DNA from: Arcobacteraceae bacterium
Lineage (GTDB): Bacteria; Campylobacterota; Campylobacteria; Campylobacterales; Arcobacteraceae
DNA: 64,000 nt
Direction of reading: 5' to 3'
Assembly (NCBI GenBank): GCA_050292155.1
Contig: JBNKLC010000045.1
Location: forward strand, 18,757 to 82,756
Shown: piece by piece, positions 38,997 to 49,863 of the stretch
Position numbering within the stretch: the first letter of the stretch is position 1
Layout: the number at the start of each line of letters is the position of its first letter
Program-made: the position numbers and the translations under genes
Notes under the pieces: model-generated
Told to the model about the DNA's origin: nothing
Database searches by the model: none
Seen by the model: only the letters and a program-made list of their open reading frames with translations

Positions 38997-40943
38997 ATGG
39001 AAAGTTATTTATATATTGCACTGTTTGCTCCACTTGTCGGATCACTCTTTGCAACATTATTTGGAAACACTCCAAAAAAATTATTTGTAGGGGTAATAAC
39101 TTCTGCATTATTAGCGGTATCTTTAGGGGCATCATTTAGTCTTTTAATGCATGTTTACCTTACAGATACGGTAATTCATGTAAGGATGCTTGATTGGATT
39201 GTGATCGGTAATGTGGATATCCCTTTTGGATTTATTGTTGATCCGGTGAGTGTTGTGATGATGGTTGTCGTAACAACGGTTTCCACTATGGTACATATAC
39301 ATTCAATCGGATATATGGACCACGATAGAAGCTTTAATAGATTTTTTGCTTGGTTATCGGCGTTTGTTTTTTCTATGATGATTCTGGTCATGAGTGACAA
39401 CTTTGCAGGACTATTTATCGGATGGGAAGGTGTTGGACTTTGCTCTTGGGGACTTATTGGTTTTTGGTATCATAAAAAAGATGTTGCAAGAAGCAAAGAT
39501 ATTATGGAGTCTCCTTTTTCAACATTGTCTCCATATTCATCCCCATCTCCGTCATGGGCGGCAAATGAAGCATTTATTATGAATAGAGTTGCCGACCTTG
39601 CGATGTTGATTGGATTATTCTTAATCTTTTGGAATATTGGAAGTTTACAATATGATGAAGTATTTGCAAAAATCGGATCGCTTGATCATGGTTTGATTAT
39701 CGCAATCGGTGGTTTCCTTTTTGTGGGTGCAATGGGTAAATCTGCACAATTTCCTTTTAATACATGGCTTGCAAATGCAATGGAAGGTCCTACCCCGGTA
39801 TCGGCGCTTATCCATGCAGCGACAATGGTAACGGCAGGTGTTTATTTGGTGGTTCGAGCAAATGAAATTTTTACCGTTATCCCTGAAGTTGGATATGTGA
39901 TTGCAACTGTCGGTTCTATTGTAGCAATGGGAGCTGCTGCTATGGCATTAGTTGCTACCAATATGAAAAAAATCATTGCATTTTCAACACTTTCACAACT
40001 TGGATATATGTTTGTTGCAGCAGGACTTGGAGCGTATTGGGTAGCCTTATTCCATCTGGCAACACACGCATTTTTCAAATCGGTATTATTCTTAGGTGCA
40101 GGAAATGTAATGCATGCGATGAATGATGAGATTAGTATCAAAAAAATGGGTGGATTATATAAATATATGCCTCGTACCGGATTTATTATGATAGTGGCTT
40201 CAATTGCCCTTGCCGGGATTTTCCCGTTTGCAGGATTCTTTTCAAAAGATTTAATCCTTGAGGTTGCTTTTGGAACACACCATCTTGTTATTTGGGGAGT
40301 ATTATGGATAACAGCAGGACTTACTGCATTTTATTCTTTTAGAATGGTTATGTATATTTTCTTTGGAGAAGAAAAATGGAGCCATAATAAAGAGGATGAA
40401 AATTATCAACATCCACATGAAGCATATTGGTATGTTATTGCTGCGATGACCCCTCTTGCGATAGTGGCATTTATCGGAGGATGGTTTAAAGAGTTCTACG
40501 TAAGCATGATAACAAAAACATTACCGGAACTTGAAATTCACGTGCATCACGATACACTGAATATTTTAATAGCAATTACATTGGCAATAGCCCTTGGAGG
40601 TATTGCATTAGCCGTGTTTAAATTTAAAAAAGACGGTACCTATTTTAGCGGAACATTTAAAAATAGACCATGTTACAAACTTTTGGCAAACCAATATTTT
40701 TTGAACCATTTTTGGGAAAATGCAGTTTCAAAACCTTACGGTAAACTTGCAGAATTTAGTTGGAAAGAACTTGATTTAAAAATTATTGATACTATTGTCG
40801 ATGGAATCGCAAAAGGTATCTATAGTGGAGGGGAAGCAGGAACCGCAATCCAATCTGGTAACCTCTCAAAAGCATTAAAATGGATGGGAATCGGTATTCT
40901 TATCTTAATAATTTTAGCCGTTGCATTTGGCAACTTAAAATAA
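38997..40943 (+). CDS. nuoL: NADH:quinone oxidoreductase subunit L
   Basis: 648 aa antiporter-like subunit, GWEGVGLCSW and MGKSAQFPFNTWLANAMEGPTPVSALIHAATMVTAGVY. Confidence 0.93.
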   Translation: MESYLYIALFAPLVGSLFATLFGNTPKKLFVGVITSALLAVSLGASFSLLMHVYLTDTVIHVRMLDWIVIGNVDIPFGFIVDPVSVVMMVVVTTVSTMVHIHSIGYMDHDRSFNRFFAWLSAFVFSMMILVMSDNFAGLFIGWEGVGLCSWGLIGFWYHKKDVARSKDIMESPFSTLSPYSSPSPSWAANEAFIMNRVADLAMLIGLFLIFWNIGSLQYDEVFAKIGSLDHGLIIAIGGFLFVGAMGKSAQFPFNTWLANAMEGPTPVSALIHAATMVTAGVYLVVRANEIFTVIPEVGYVIATVGSIVAMGAAAMALVATNMKKIIAFSTLSQLGYMFVAAGLGAYWVALFHLATHAFFKSVLFLGAGNVMHAMNDEISIKKMGGLYKYMPRTGFIMIVASIALAGIFPFAGFFSKDLILEVAFGTHHLVIWGVLWITAGLTAFYSFRMVMYIFFGEEKWSHNKEDENYQHPHEAYWYVIAAMTPLAIVAFIGGWFKEFYVSMITKTLPELEIHVHHDTLNILIAITLAIALGGIALAVFKFKKDGTYFSGTFKNRPCYKLLANQYFLNHFWENAVSKPYGKLAEFSWKELDLKIIDTIVDGIAKGIYSGGEAGTAIQSGNLSKALKWMGIGILILIILAVAFGNLK

Positions 40944-40955
40944 GGAAGGGGAAGT

Positions 40956-42482
40956 ATGGAATATATTTTATCAATATTAGTATTTTTTCCGGCGTTTGCA
41001 GCTGTTATCGGTTTTTTAGTCGATAAAGATGCAATAAGGACGTATGGAATTACCGTAACGGCAATTGAGTTTCTACTTTCTTGCTATTTGTGGATGAGCT
41101 TTGACTCTAATTTTGCAGGGATGCAGTTTAGCGAGTATATCCCCGTAATTTCCCAATATGGAATTGCATACAATTTAGGACTTGACGGAATATCTTTATT
41201 TTTAGTACTTATGACAACCTTTATGACAATGATCTCTATTATCGGACTGACCGAAAAAAGAGATCTTAAAAACCTCATTATCTCGGTATTATTCTTAGAG
41301 ATGACAATGGTTGGGGTATTTGTTGCTCTTGATGCGATAATTTTTTACGTATTTTGGGAACTCTCTTTGGTACCTATGTTATATATCATTGGAGCTTGGG
41401 GTGGAAAACTTAGAATTTATGCGGCGATTAAATTCTTTTTATATACGTTCTCAGGTTCACTTATAATGCTTCTAGGTATGTTATATCTTGGATATGTATA
41501 TGCACAAACTACTGGAACATGGAGCTTTAGTTTACTTGATTGGAACATGATGATGCTTCCGATTGATATGCAGCTTTGGTTATTTGTTGCATTTTTCTTA
41601 GGGTTTGCTATCAAAGTTCCAATGGTACCGTTTCATACGTGGCTCCCTTATGCCCATGGACAAGCACCGACTATCGGTTCTGTTATCCTTGCAGCAGTAC
41701 TTCTTAAAATGGGTACATACGGGTTTGTAAGATTTTCACTTCCATTATTCCCAGATGCAAGTGTAACGATGATGATTCCTATGGCAATACTTGGTATTAC
41801 CGCCATTATCTATACGGCACTTGTGGCATATGCACAAGAGGATATCAAGCAAGTTGTAGCGTATTCGTCCGTTTCACACATGGGGGTAATTATCCTTGGT
41901 ATCTTTGCGCTGAATGTTGAAGGTATCGGAGGATCAATCTTCCTTATGATCTCTCACGGTATCGTATCGGGTGCTCTGTTTATGTTGGTAGGTGTGATAT
42001 ACGATAGAAGACATACAAAAATGATGAGTGAATTTGGTGGACTTGCAAAGTCTATGCCGATTTATGCAACTATTTTTGGTGTGATGTTGATGGCTTCGGT
42101 TGGACTTCCTTTAACAATTGGATTTGTGGGTGAATTTTTAAGTTTACTTGGGTTCTTTGCAGTGAGTCCTGTTATGACGGCTCTTGCAGGTACTACTATT
42201 ATCCTTGGAGCGGTTTATATGCTGGTTCTTTATAAAAAGACATTTTTTGGGCCGATTACAAACCCTATCAATGAAAAATTAACAGATGCAAAGGGGAGAG
42301 AGATCGCAGCATTGATTCCACTTGTAATGATTGTTGTTTGGTTAGGTGTTTATCCAAAACCTGTACTTGATCCAGTTGATAAATCTGTAAAACAGTTAGT
42401 ACAAGTGATGTACCTAAAATCAGTTACGCCTGAAGCAAAAGAGAAAATTGCTGCAGTGAATACTATAGGGGAGACAAAGTAA
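40956..42482 (+). CDS. nuoM: NADH:quinone oxidoreductase subunit M
   Basis: 508 aa, [23 protein letters not shown] and AYSSVSHMG. Confidence 0.93.
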   Translation: MEYILSILVFFPAFAAVIGFLVDKDAIRTYGITVTAIEFLLSCYLWMSFDSNFAGMQFSEYIPVISQYGIAYNLGLDGISLFLVLMTTFMTMISIIGLTEKRDLKNLIISVLFLEMTMVGVFVALDAIIFYVFWELSLVPMLYIIGAWGGKLRIYAAIKFFLYTFSGSLIMLLGMLYLGYVYAQTTGTWSFSLLDWNMMMLPIDMQLWLFVAFFLGFAIKVPMVPFHTWLPYAHGQAPTIGSVILAAVLLKMGTYGFVRFSLPLFPDASVTMMIPMAILGITAIIYTALVAYAQEDIKQVVAYSSVSHMGVIILGIFALNVEGIGGSIFLMISHGIVSGALFMLVGVIYDRRHTKMMSEFGGLAKSMPIYATIFGVMLMASVGLPLTIGFVGEFLSLLGFFAVSPVMTALAGTTIILGAVYMLVLYKKTFFGPITNPINEKLTDAKGREIAALIPLVMIVVWLGVYPKPVLDPVDKSVKQLVQVMYLKSVTPEAKEKIAAVNTIGETK

Positions 42483-43966
42483 TGATTGAACCGATTTCAA
42501 TAGATATAACATCTTTAAATCTACCAAGCTTAGCACCGATGTTGGTGGCTATAATCGGAGGTTTGTTGATTTTATGTATAGATCTTTTTAATAAAAACCT
42601 ACATAAATCACTCTATATAATGCTGACAATCCTTGTATTGTTGATCGATTTGGGCGTAGTGGTAGGATACAACGGAGGAACAAGAGGTTTCTTTGATATG
42701 ATGTTAATGGATGGTATCTCAATACTCTCTCAAGTAATTATCTTGGTTGCATCGGGATTGTTTATCTCTTTGGCACTTTCACAAAAAAGATTTCACGAGT
42801 ACAGATATCCTGAATATTTTGCACTGTTTTTATTTATGACTGCAGGATTTCAGTTTATGGTAGCAAGTGACAGTTTGATTTTGATCTTTGTAGGGCTTGA
42901 AACGGCTTCAATGTCACTTTATCCGTTAATTGCAATGCACAATAGGGACAAATCAACGGAAGCAGCAATTAAGTACTTTACTATGGGAGCTTTAGCGGCA
43001 GGTTTCTTTGCTTTTGGTTCTATGATTTTTTATGCACTTACAGGGAGTGTTGAACTTGGACAAATCTCAGCAGCACTTGTAGCATCTGATTTTGCAAACT
43101 ATCCGTTTGTATTATTAGGGGTTGTATTTTTACTTGGAGCGTTGGCATTTAAACTTACTTTGGTGCCATTTCATACGTGGGCGCCTGATGTTTATGAGGG
43201 TGCAAGTTCTGCTATGGCAGGATATATGGCAATCGTTCCAAAAATAGCTACTTTTATCGTAGCACTTAGATTTTTTGAAATTTTTGTAAGTGTGGATAAT
43301 AGATGGGTAGAGATGGTTCTTTATATTGTAGTAGTGGTAACCATGACTATTCCAAATATGATTGCTTTGGTTCAAACCGACGTGAAAAGGATGTTGGCAT
43401 ATTCATCTGTATCTCATGCAGGTTTTGTAATGGCAGCCATTTTAGTAGGAACAACCCAAGCAACACAAGGATTATTTTTATATTGGATTTTATTTGCATT
43501 TGCAAATCTTGGTGCATTTGCAATGTTATGGGTAAATAGAACAAAACATGATCATGGATTTACATCGGACCACCCACATGAGAAGTTTGCAGGTATGATT
43601 AAAAGGTCACCGGTTGCTGCATCTATTATGGGACTGTTTATGTTGAGTCTTGCCGGAGTTCCTCCATTTAGTTTGTTTTGGGGGAAAATGTATCTTTTAG
43701 GATCTGTTATTAACAGTGGAGAGATTAGTTTGGCAGTGATTATGGTACTTAATTCTGCAATAGCAGTGTACTATTACTTAAAATTGGTTGTATATATGTT
43801 CTTAAAATATCCGGAAGCCGATGATAGAATGGTATTTATGGGAAATGCGAACAACTCTCTTAAAACAGTTATCGGTATCTCTGCAGTAGTTACGATCACT
43901 TCCATTATCTATGTTGATCCTCTACTTGATATGATCTCTACTTATGTTCAAATGAGTGGATTCTAA
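42482..43966 (+). CDS. nuoN: NADH:quinone oxidoreductase subunit N
   Basis: 494 aa, [21 protein letters not shown] and [13 protein letters not shown] overlaps the nuoM stop. Confidence 0.93.
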   Translation: MIEPISIDITSLNLPSLAPMLVAIIGGLLILCIDLFNKNLHKSLYIMLTILVLLIDLGVVVGYNGGTRGFFDMMLMDGISILSQVIILVASGLFISLALSQKRFHEYRYPEYFALFLFMTAGFQFMVASDSLILIFVGLETASMSLYPLIAMHNRDKSTEAAIKYFTMGALAAGFFAFGSMIFYALTGSVELGQISAALVASDFANYPFVLLGVVFLLGALAFKLTLVPFHTWAPDVYEGASSAMAGYMAIVPKIATFIVALRFFEIFVSVDNRWVEMVLYIVVVVTMTIPNMIALVQTDVKRMLAYSSVSHAGFVMAAILVGTTQATQGLFLYWILFAFANLGAFAMLWVNRTKHDHGFTSDHPHEKFAGMIKRSPVAASIMGLFMLSLAGVPPFSLFWGKMYLLGSVINSGEISLAVIMVLNSAIAVYYYLKLVVYMFLKYPEADDRMVFMGNANNSLKTVIGISAVVTITSIIYVDPLLDMISTYVQMSGF

Positions 43967-43974
43967 ATTAGTCA

Positions 43975-43998
43975 AAAACAAGGCTTTTGCCTTGTTTT
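43975..43998 (+). terminator. intrinsic terminator of the nuo operon
   Basis: AAAACAAGGC-TTTT-GCCTTGTTTT perfect 10-bp stem, 9 nt after the nuoN stop, followed by a T/A-rich stretch. Confidence 0.7.
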
Positions 43999-44080
43999 AT
44001 CTCCTTTTAAACAAAACTTCATTAGAATTTCAATCCTCTTTAAGATAAGCATTGAAAATATATTTGTATTTTGAATGCTT

Positions 44081-44177
44081 CTCTTAGACCTTTACAATTG
44101 AACTTACAAGCAACTCCCCAGGGTAGGAATACAGCAAGGAACTTGTACTTTTGGTGTGTTTGGGTATCTGGGAGGGG
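44081..44177 (+). ncRNA. ffs: probable small bacterial SRP RNA (4.5S RNA)
   Basis: A ~97-nt extended hairpin I folded by hand. The apex is GUA-GGAA-UAC (GGAA tetraloop 44126-44129), flanked by CAGG (5') and AGCA (3'). Below that is a 3-bp UCC/GGA stem, then a 4-nt/1-nt asymmetric loop (CAAC vs A), then a UACAAG/CUUGUA stem. The ends CUCUU...AGGGG pair. The core aligns to the E. coli CAGG-UCC-GGAA-GGA-AGCA. A TATTTT -10-like box lies at 44067-44072. Confidence 0.65.
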
Positions 44178-44293
44178 CACTTATATGTTAAAAACCCTTT
44201 TATTGACAATCCATTAATAGCTAATTCAATGTTCTAAGGCTTATTTTATATAGAAACTTTATAATTTAGATTGCTTTAAAAAGAGTCTTAAGG

Positions 44294-44602
44294 ATGGATA
44301 TGAATATTTTAATACCCGTAGATGACAGTGATATTGAAGAGGCAAAACTTGTATCGCTTGATGCGGCAAATTTTTGGCTTTTGATAGATATTAATGAAGG
44401 GAAAGTGATAAGTAATCAATTTTACCAATCACGCGAAGAGATAAGCGATTGGATTGATGTAGCTATCGTATTAAATCAAATGGAAAATGTCTGGACTTTG
44501 ATGGATGAGGGGATTGCAATTCTTGTAGCACCTACTCAACGATATATAGATGATATAGTTGAAGCATATCTTTTTAAAGAGCTTCATGATATGAATGTTT
44601 AA
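44294..44602 (+). CDS. small hypothetical protein (possibly NifB/NifX-like dinitrogenase-cofactor-binding fold)
   Basis: 102 aa, acidic. The MNILIPVDDSD... alternating pattern is weakly reminiscent of the NifX/NifB C-terminal family. No firm motif. Confidence 0.3.
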   Translation: MDMNILIPVDDSDIEEAKLVSLDAANFWLLIDINEGKVISNQFYQSREEISDWIDVAIVLNQMENVWTLMDEGIAILVAPTQRYIDDIVEAYLFKELHDMNV

Positions 44603-44622
44603 ATAAAAAAATAGGATAAAAA

Positions 44623-45141
44623 ATGTTTGGATTTGGGAAAAAAGAACTTAAAAAATATGATTTAAGTGAAGAACAGTTAAAAAAACTGCAATATGCAAAA
44701 TTTACTACGAGCAAAGGGGTAATATGGACAAAACTAACTCCGGAGTTTACACCAAATACTGTTGCTAATTTTGCCCATTTAGCCAATGATGGTTTTTATA
44801 ACGGGCTTAATTTTCATAGAGTAATTGAAGGATTTATGGCTCAAGGCGGATGTCCTACAGGGACCGGAACAGGTGGACCTGATTGGGCAATAGAGTGTGA
44901 AACCGATGCCGAGGGGCAAGTTCATAAACGAGGAAGTTTATCAATGGCACATGCAGGTCCCAATACAGGAGGAAGTCAGTTTTTTATCTGTTTTGTACCT
45001 TGTCCACACTTAGATAGAGGACACACTGTATTTGGTGGTATTGAGGAGGATGATAAAGAGAGTTTTGAGGTACTTGATCACATACAACAGGGCGATATCA
45101 TTGAAAAAATAGAGATTTTAGAATCCAAAGGGAAAGAGTAA
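44623..45141 (+). CDS. peptidyl-prolyl cis-trans isomerase (cyclophilin type)
   Basis: FHRVIEGFMAQGGCPTGTGTGGP and SLSMAHAGPNTGGSQFFI motifs. Confidence 0.9.
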   Translation: MFGFGKKELKKYDLSEEQLKKLQYAKFTTSKGVIWTKLTPEFTPNTVANFAHLANDGFYNGLNFHRVIEGFMAQGGCPTGTGTGGPDWAIECETDAEGQVHKRGSLSMAHAGPNTGGSQFFICFVPCPHLDRGHTVFGGIEEDDKESFEVLDHIQQGDIIEKIEILESKGKE

Positions 45142-45147
45142 AATAAT

Positions 45148-46863
45148 TTACTCAATCTCTTTTTGGGGTACTCCAAAATAGTATCCTTGAAATTTATCTA
45201 TTCCAAGTTCATATAACGTATCAAAAATCTCTTTTGATTGTACATGTTCCGCAATTGTTTTTATCCCCAGTTCTCTTGAAAATTTTACAATAGCTTTTAC
45301 AAGTTCCAATGATTTTTCATTTTCTAAAATAGAGGTAATCAAAGAACCATCAATCTTGATAAAATCTGGAGCCAAAGTATTGATATGGGAAAAGTTGGAA
45401 AAGCCCGTCCCAAAATCATCCAATGCGATTTTTATCCCCATTTTTTTAAACTCGTTAATAAATTCCACAAAAGAGTTATAACAATCAACACCTTCATGCT
45501 CAATAATTTCAAAGATAACGTTATTGCTAATGTCAAATTCAGTTTTATCTTCTAAATGATATTTTTTGATAGTTTCTTTTAAACTACTGTAAATATCACC
45601 ATTTTTAATATCTTGATAAGTAAGATTAATTGCGATAGCAACATTTTTTTCTACCATTTTTTGCAATGTTGATTCGATCATAAACCGTGTAAGTTGAATA
45701 TATTGTTTGGTTAAAATGGCAAGATCCAAAAACTCGTCAGGTGCTAAAAATTCAACTTCATCATTTTCATTTATCTGCTTAATTCTAATAAAAGATTCAT
45801 ATTGCACCACTTCACAGTTTCGATTTACAATAGGTTGATAAAAAGGGACAACTCTATTTTGCGCTAAAGCACTTTTTATCTCTTTTCTCCAAAAAAGATT
45901 ACTTTGAAGGGTGTTGGTATAATCAATATCGTAAGTAAATCCAATAAAATTTCTTCCCCTTTTTCGTGCCTCGTATAAAGCCATATTCGCTTTTTTGAGA
46001 GCTTGGGAAGAACTAAAAGAGATACCGATGGTAATTTCCAGTTCTACAGGTTCATCAACACCATTAAGATAAAATGAATTTTGCTCAATAAATTCAAAAA
46101 GTTCGTTTAAATCTTTTTCGTATTTTTCAACTTCAAGATATTCGACAATATCCAAAAATACAAATTCATCTGCATTGATTCTGTAAACTTTGTACGATTT
46201 GTCTTTTGTAAAATCTGTAAGCATAGAGGTAAATTTAATTAAAATCTCATTTCCTGCACTTAAACCGTAAAGTTGATTATAGATACTAAACTTGTCTATA
46301 TTGATAAGCATTACAACAGGAGAATGAAAAGTATCTACAGAGTCCAGTTCATTCATCAATACAGGAAGTGTGGCAAGTTTTGTAAGAGGATCGATAGCAA
46401 ATGTATTGATATTTGAAAGATTAATCTCTTTTAATGTTTGATCGTATGTTGAGATTTTCGTGTTAATGTTTTCTTTATTAATTATCTCTTCCATAATGGT
46501 AAGAAATTGTTCAAATTTTAAAGGTTTGAAAAGATATCCGTCAATTCCTATTTTTGTTACATCAAGGATAGTTTCCTTGTCTGTTACGGCAGAGAGTATC
46601 ACGACAAAAAGATCAGAATTTATCTTTTTCATTGATTTTAACATCTCTATACCGTCAAGTATCGGCATCCTGATATCGGTAATTACAAGTTGATAATCTT
46701 TTTGATTAAATTTTTCCAATCCTTCTTGACCGTTTGTAGCAGTATCTAAGTTTGGGAAAAAAACTCGTAAAAGGTTTGCCGTAATTTCAAGTATTTGTTC
46801 TTCATCTTCAACCAAAAGGACATTGAGCCTTTGTGAAATTTCGGTAATCTCTCGTAGTGTCAT
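45148..46863 (-). CDS. response regulator with REC, degenerate GGDEF and EAL domains
   Basis: REC N-terminus (LLVEDEE...VITDIRMP). The GGDEF position reads RINADEFVFL. EAL domain with YQPIV, ESFIR, FEIIEHE, DDFGTGFSNF, IKIDGS, AEHVQS, QGYYFG. Confidence 0.85.
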   Translation of the reverse strand: MTLREITEISQRLNVLLVEDEEQILEITANLLRVFFPNLDTATNGQEGLEKFNQKDYQLVITDIRMPILDGIEMLKSMKKINSDLFVVILSAVTDKETILDVTKIGIDGYLFKPLKFEQFLTIMEEIINKENINTKISTYDQTLKEINLSNINTFAIDPLTKLATLPVLMNELDSVDTFHSPVVMLINIDKFSIYNQLYGLSAGNEILIKFTSMLTDFTKDKSYKVYRINADEFVFLDIVEYLEVEKYEKDLNELFEFIEQNSFYLNGVDEPVELEITIGISFSSSQALKKANMALYEARKRGRNFIGFTYDIDYTNTLQSNLFWRKEIKSALAQNRVVPFYQPIVNRNCEVVQYESFIRIKQINENDEVEFLAPDEFLDLAILTKQYIQLTRFMIESTLQKMVEKNVAIAINLTYQDIKNGDIYSSLKETIKKYHLEDKTEFDISNNVIFEIIEHEGVDCYNSFVEFINEFKKMGIKIALDDFGTGFSNFSHINTLAPDFIKIDGSLITSILENEKSLELVKAIVKFSRELGIKTIAEHVQSKEIFDTLYELGIDKFQGYYFGVPQKEIE

Positions 46864-46965
46864 TTTAAATTTCCAAATTGTTATAAAATAGTTTATGATA
46901 CCATATTATTTCTTTAAAATAAAGTGTATAAATTTTGTTATCATAGACTTAGTTTTCATACCTTA

Positions 46966-48210
46966 CTACATATACTTTTGTAAAACAGAAGGTATATTAA
47001 TAGTTCCATCTTCATTTTGATAATTTTCCATGATAGCAACCAAGGTTCTACCAACTGCTAAAGAACTACCGTTTAATGTATGGGCTAAAATATTTTTCTT
47101 TTCATCTTTATATCTTATTTTTGCCCGTCTTGCTTGAAATTCCCTTGTATTTGAGATGGAGCTGATCTCCCTAAATTTCCCTTGACCCGGAAGCCATACT
47201 TCAAGGTCGATTGTTGTAGCTGCACTAAATCCGAGATCACCGGTACAAAGTTGCACTTTTTGATGTGCAAGACCAAGTGAAGTTAAAAGGTCACTCGCAG
47301 TTTCTACCATCTTTTGAAATATTTGTTCTGATTGTTCCTGTGTAGTTATTGCTACCATCTCCACTTTGTCAAATTGGTGTTGCCTGATAATCCCTCTTGT
47401 ATCACGTCCTGCACTTCCCGCTTCTTTTCTAAAACAAGGAGTATACGATGTTAAAAGTAAAGGAAGTTCCTCTTTATCTAATATCTCATCATTATAAAGA
47501 TTTGTAAGGCTTACCTCTGCCGTTGGAATCATATAAAGATCTTCCCCCTCTATTTTAAAAAGATCATCTCCAAATTTTGGTAATTGCCCGGTACCTTCCA
47601 AAGTATTTGTATTTGCCATAAATGGGACATACCACTCTTCAAATCCACGTTCACGGTTAAAATCTAAAAAGTAGTTAATTAAAGCTCTTTCTAGTCTTGC
47701 ACCAATCCCTTTTAATGCAGCAAATCTACTTTTTGCAAGTTTCACTCCCCGTTCAAAATCTATCATGCCGTTTTGTTCGCCTAATTCCCAGTGCTCTTTA
47801 GGTTCAAACGAAAATGATGGTTTTTCTCCAATTACCTCAAGAACAACATTTTCATCCTCATCAGCCCCAATCGGAACATCTTCATCAGGAAGATTTGGAA
47901 TACCCATAGCAAAGCTTTCCATCTTTGTTTCAAGATCTCTTACCTCCTCTTCAAGTTGTTGTTTTTTCTCTTTTAATTCCCCTATTTGGGCTTGAAGCGG
48001 AGCTATATCTCGCCCCTCTTTTTTGTACATTCCAAATTGGTTAGAGAGTTGTTTTTGTTCTGCTTGGGTTGTTTCCATTTCCCGTCTTTTGCTTTTTGCT
48101 TGTTCAACATCGGCTTTTAATTTTTCTAACAGTTCTTTCTCTACACCCTTTTTTTGTAGGGCTTTACTTACGCTATCAAAATCTTTTTGCAATAATTTTA
48201 TATCAATCAT
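46966..48210 (-). CDS. serS: seryl-tRNA synthetase
   Basis: N-terminal coiled-coil arm, class II motifs [30 protein letters not shown] and [17 protein letters not shown]. Confidence 0.94.
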   Translation of the reverse strand: MIDIKLLQKDFDSVSKALQKKGVEKELLEKLKADVEQAKSKRREMETTQAEQKQLSNQFGMYKKEGRDIAPLQAQIGELKEKKQQLEEEVRDLETKMESFAMGIPNLPDEDVPIGADEDENVVLEVIGEKPSFSFEPKEHWELGEQNGMIDFERGVKLAKSRFAALKGIGARLERALINYFLDFNRERGFEEWYVPFMANTNTLEGTGQLPKFGDDLFKIEGEDLYMIPTAEVSLTNLYNDEILDKEELPLLLTSYTPCFRKEAGSAGRDTRGIIRQHQFDKVEMVAITTQEQSEQIFQKMVETASDLLTSLGLAHQKVQLCTGDLGFSAATTIDLEVWLPGQGKFREISSISNTREFQARRAKIRYKDEKKNILAHTLNGSSLAVGRTLVAIMENYQNEDGTINIPSVLQKYM

Positions 48211-48823
48211 CTATTAATTTTCCTTTTTTTATATCTATATCGTTTTGTATAATTTGGGAAATCTCCTCTTTTTTTACAAAATCAGCTCCCATGCTTACAA
48301 TAAATTGACTCGCTTGTGCTACACTGAGCGAGGTTGATTTTAGTTTATCACGATGGACAATAACTGTATATCCACTTGTAGGATTTGGGCTTGTTGGGAC
48401 AAATAGTACATAAATATCTTCATGTTTACTTAATACATATGCAGGAACCCAAAGGTCCTTTTTGGGATATTCAACTAATACCACCTCTTTTTTCATATCT
48501 TTATTATTTGGTTTAAATAGCTCGGTTATCTTTTTTAAAATTCCGTAAATAGTGTTAATTGCAGGGACTCTATTTAGAATATTATCTATTATGGATACCA
48601 CATAAGATTTACCCGCTTTTTCAATGGATGAACCTATTAAAGCAAGAACAATGATAGTAGCGATTATAAGACCGGCAGTAACTATTTCATTATTTGTATA
48701 AGAAAATACATATTCAAACAAATTAAGAGATACGGAATGTAACCAAAAAAGAAGTTGAATAACAACCACAAAAGGGATGAGGGCAAGTGAACCTACAAAA
48801 ACATACCTAAAAAACTGTTTCAT
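48203..48823 (-). CDS. DUF502-family membrane protein (second paralog)
   Basis: Two N-terminal TM helices, [15 protein letters not shown] loop, soluble C-terminal domain. Its stop overlaps the serS start by 8 nt. Confidence 0.6.
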   Translation of the reverse strand: MKQFFRYVFVGSLALIPFVVVIQLLFWLHSVSLNLFEYVFSYTNNEIVTAGLIIATIIVLALIGSSIEKAGKSYVVSIIDNILNRVPAINTIYGILKKITELFKPNNKDMKKEVVLVEYPKKDLWVPAYVLSKHEDIYVLFVPTSPNPTSGYTVIVHRDKLKSTSLSVAQASQFIVSMGADFVKKEEISQIIQNDIDIKKGKLIDD

Positions 48824-48878
48824 CTAAACCTCTAAAATTTTTTGCTATTATACCCTAAAATATTTTAAGGAAAATGAT

Positions 48879-49844
48879 TTGAGAATTTTAAGTGGAATTC
48901 AACCAAGCGGTACGATTCATATAGGGAATTATTTCGGTATGATTAAAAAGATGATCGAGTCGCAAGATGACGGGGAGCTTTTTGCATTTATCGCTTCGTA
49001 TCATGCTTTGACTTCGGTAAGCGATAAAGAGGTTTTACAAAAAAATATTTTTGAGGCAGCAGTGAATTTTTTAGCACTTGGAATGGATCCCGAGAAATCA
49101 ACTTTTTGGGTGCAAAGCGATGTACCTGAAGTATTGGAACTTTATTGGATACTCTCAAATCATACGCCGATGGGGTTACTTGAGAGGGCACACAGCTATA
49201 AAGATAAAACGGCACGTGGTCTTGCAACCAACCATGGACTTTTTTCCTATCCTGTTTTAATGGCGGCAGATATTTTATTGTTTGATTCAAATATTGTGCC
49301 TGTGGGAAAAGATCAAATACAACATGTTGAGATGACAAGAGATATTGCAAATACTTTTAATAATGCTTATGGAGAAATTTTAGTTATGCCTGAAGCAAAG
49401 GTTGATGAGGTAGTAGCAACGGTTCCGGGGACCGATGGAGCCAAAATGTCAAAAAGTTATGGAAATACGATTGATATGTTTGGGACAAGCAAAGGGCTTA
49501 AAAAACAAGTAATGAAAATAGTAACCGACTCAAAAGAACTCGATGAACCTAAAGAGTTTGAAACTTGTAACGTTTATAAACTGTGTGAACTTTTTATGGA
49601 TGAAGATGATCTGATTGCTCTTCAAAAAAGATATGCAACACCCGGAGAGGGATATGGACATTTTAAACTGACATTAATGGATAAAATCAATGAACATTTT
49701 GCTCCATATACACAAAGAAGAGAATATCTTATGAATAATCCCGATGAAGTCAAAGAGATTTTAGCCCAAGGTGCAAAAAAAGCACAAAAAGTTGCCAAAG
49801 AGAAATTGAGATTGATAAAAGATGCAGTGGGTCTAAACTACTAA
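48879..49844 (+). CDS. trpS: tryptophanyl-tRNA synthetase
   Basis: GIQPSGTIHIGNY (HIGH) and KMSKS motifs, 321 aa. TTG start. Confidence 0.92.
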   Translation: MRILSGIQPSGTIHIGNYFGMIKKMIESQDDGELFAFIASYHALTSVSDKEVLQKNIFEAAVNFLALGMDPEKSTFWVQSDVPEVLELYWILSNHTPMGLLERAHSYKDKTARGLATNHGLFSYPVLMAADILLFDSNIVPVGKDQIQHVEMTRDIANTFNNAYGEILVMPEAKVDEVVATVPGTDGAKMSKSYGNTIDMFGTSKGLKKQVMKIVTDSKELDEPKEFETCNVYKLCELFMDEDDLIALQKRYATPGEGYGHFKLTLMDKINEHFAPYTQRREYLMNNPDEVKEILAQGAKKAQKVAKEKLRLIKDAVGLNY

Positions 49845-49863
49845 AAATATATAAAAAAGGGCA

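Noticed and set aside
44115-44177. Alternative pairing CUCCCCAG / CUGGGAGGGG, considered as an independent hairpin, terminator or other sRNA.
   Set aside because: It competes with, and explains less than, the full SRP-like fold (GGAA tetraloop, CAGG/AGCA loop, 4/1 asymmetric loop). No U-tract follows it.
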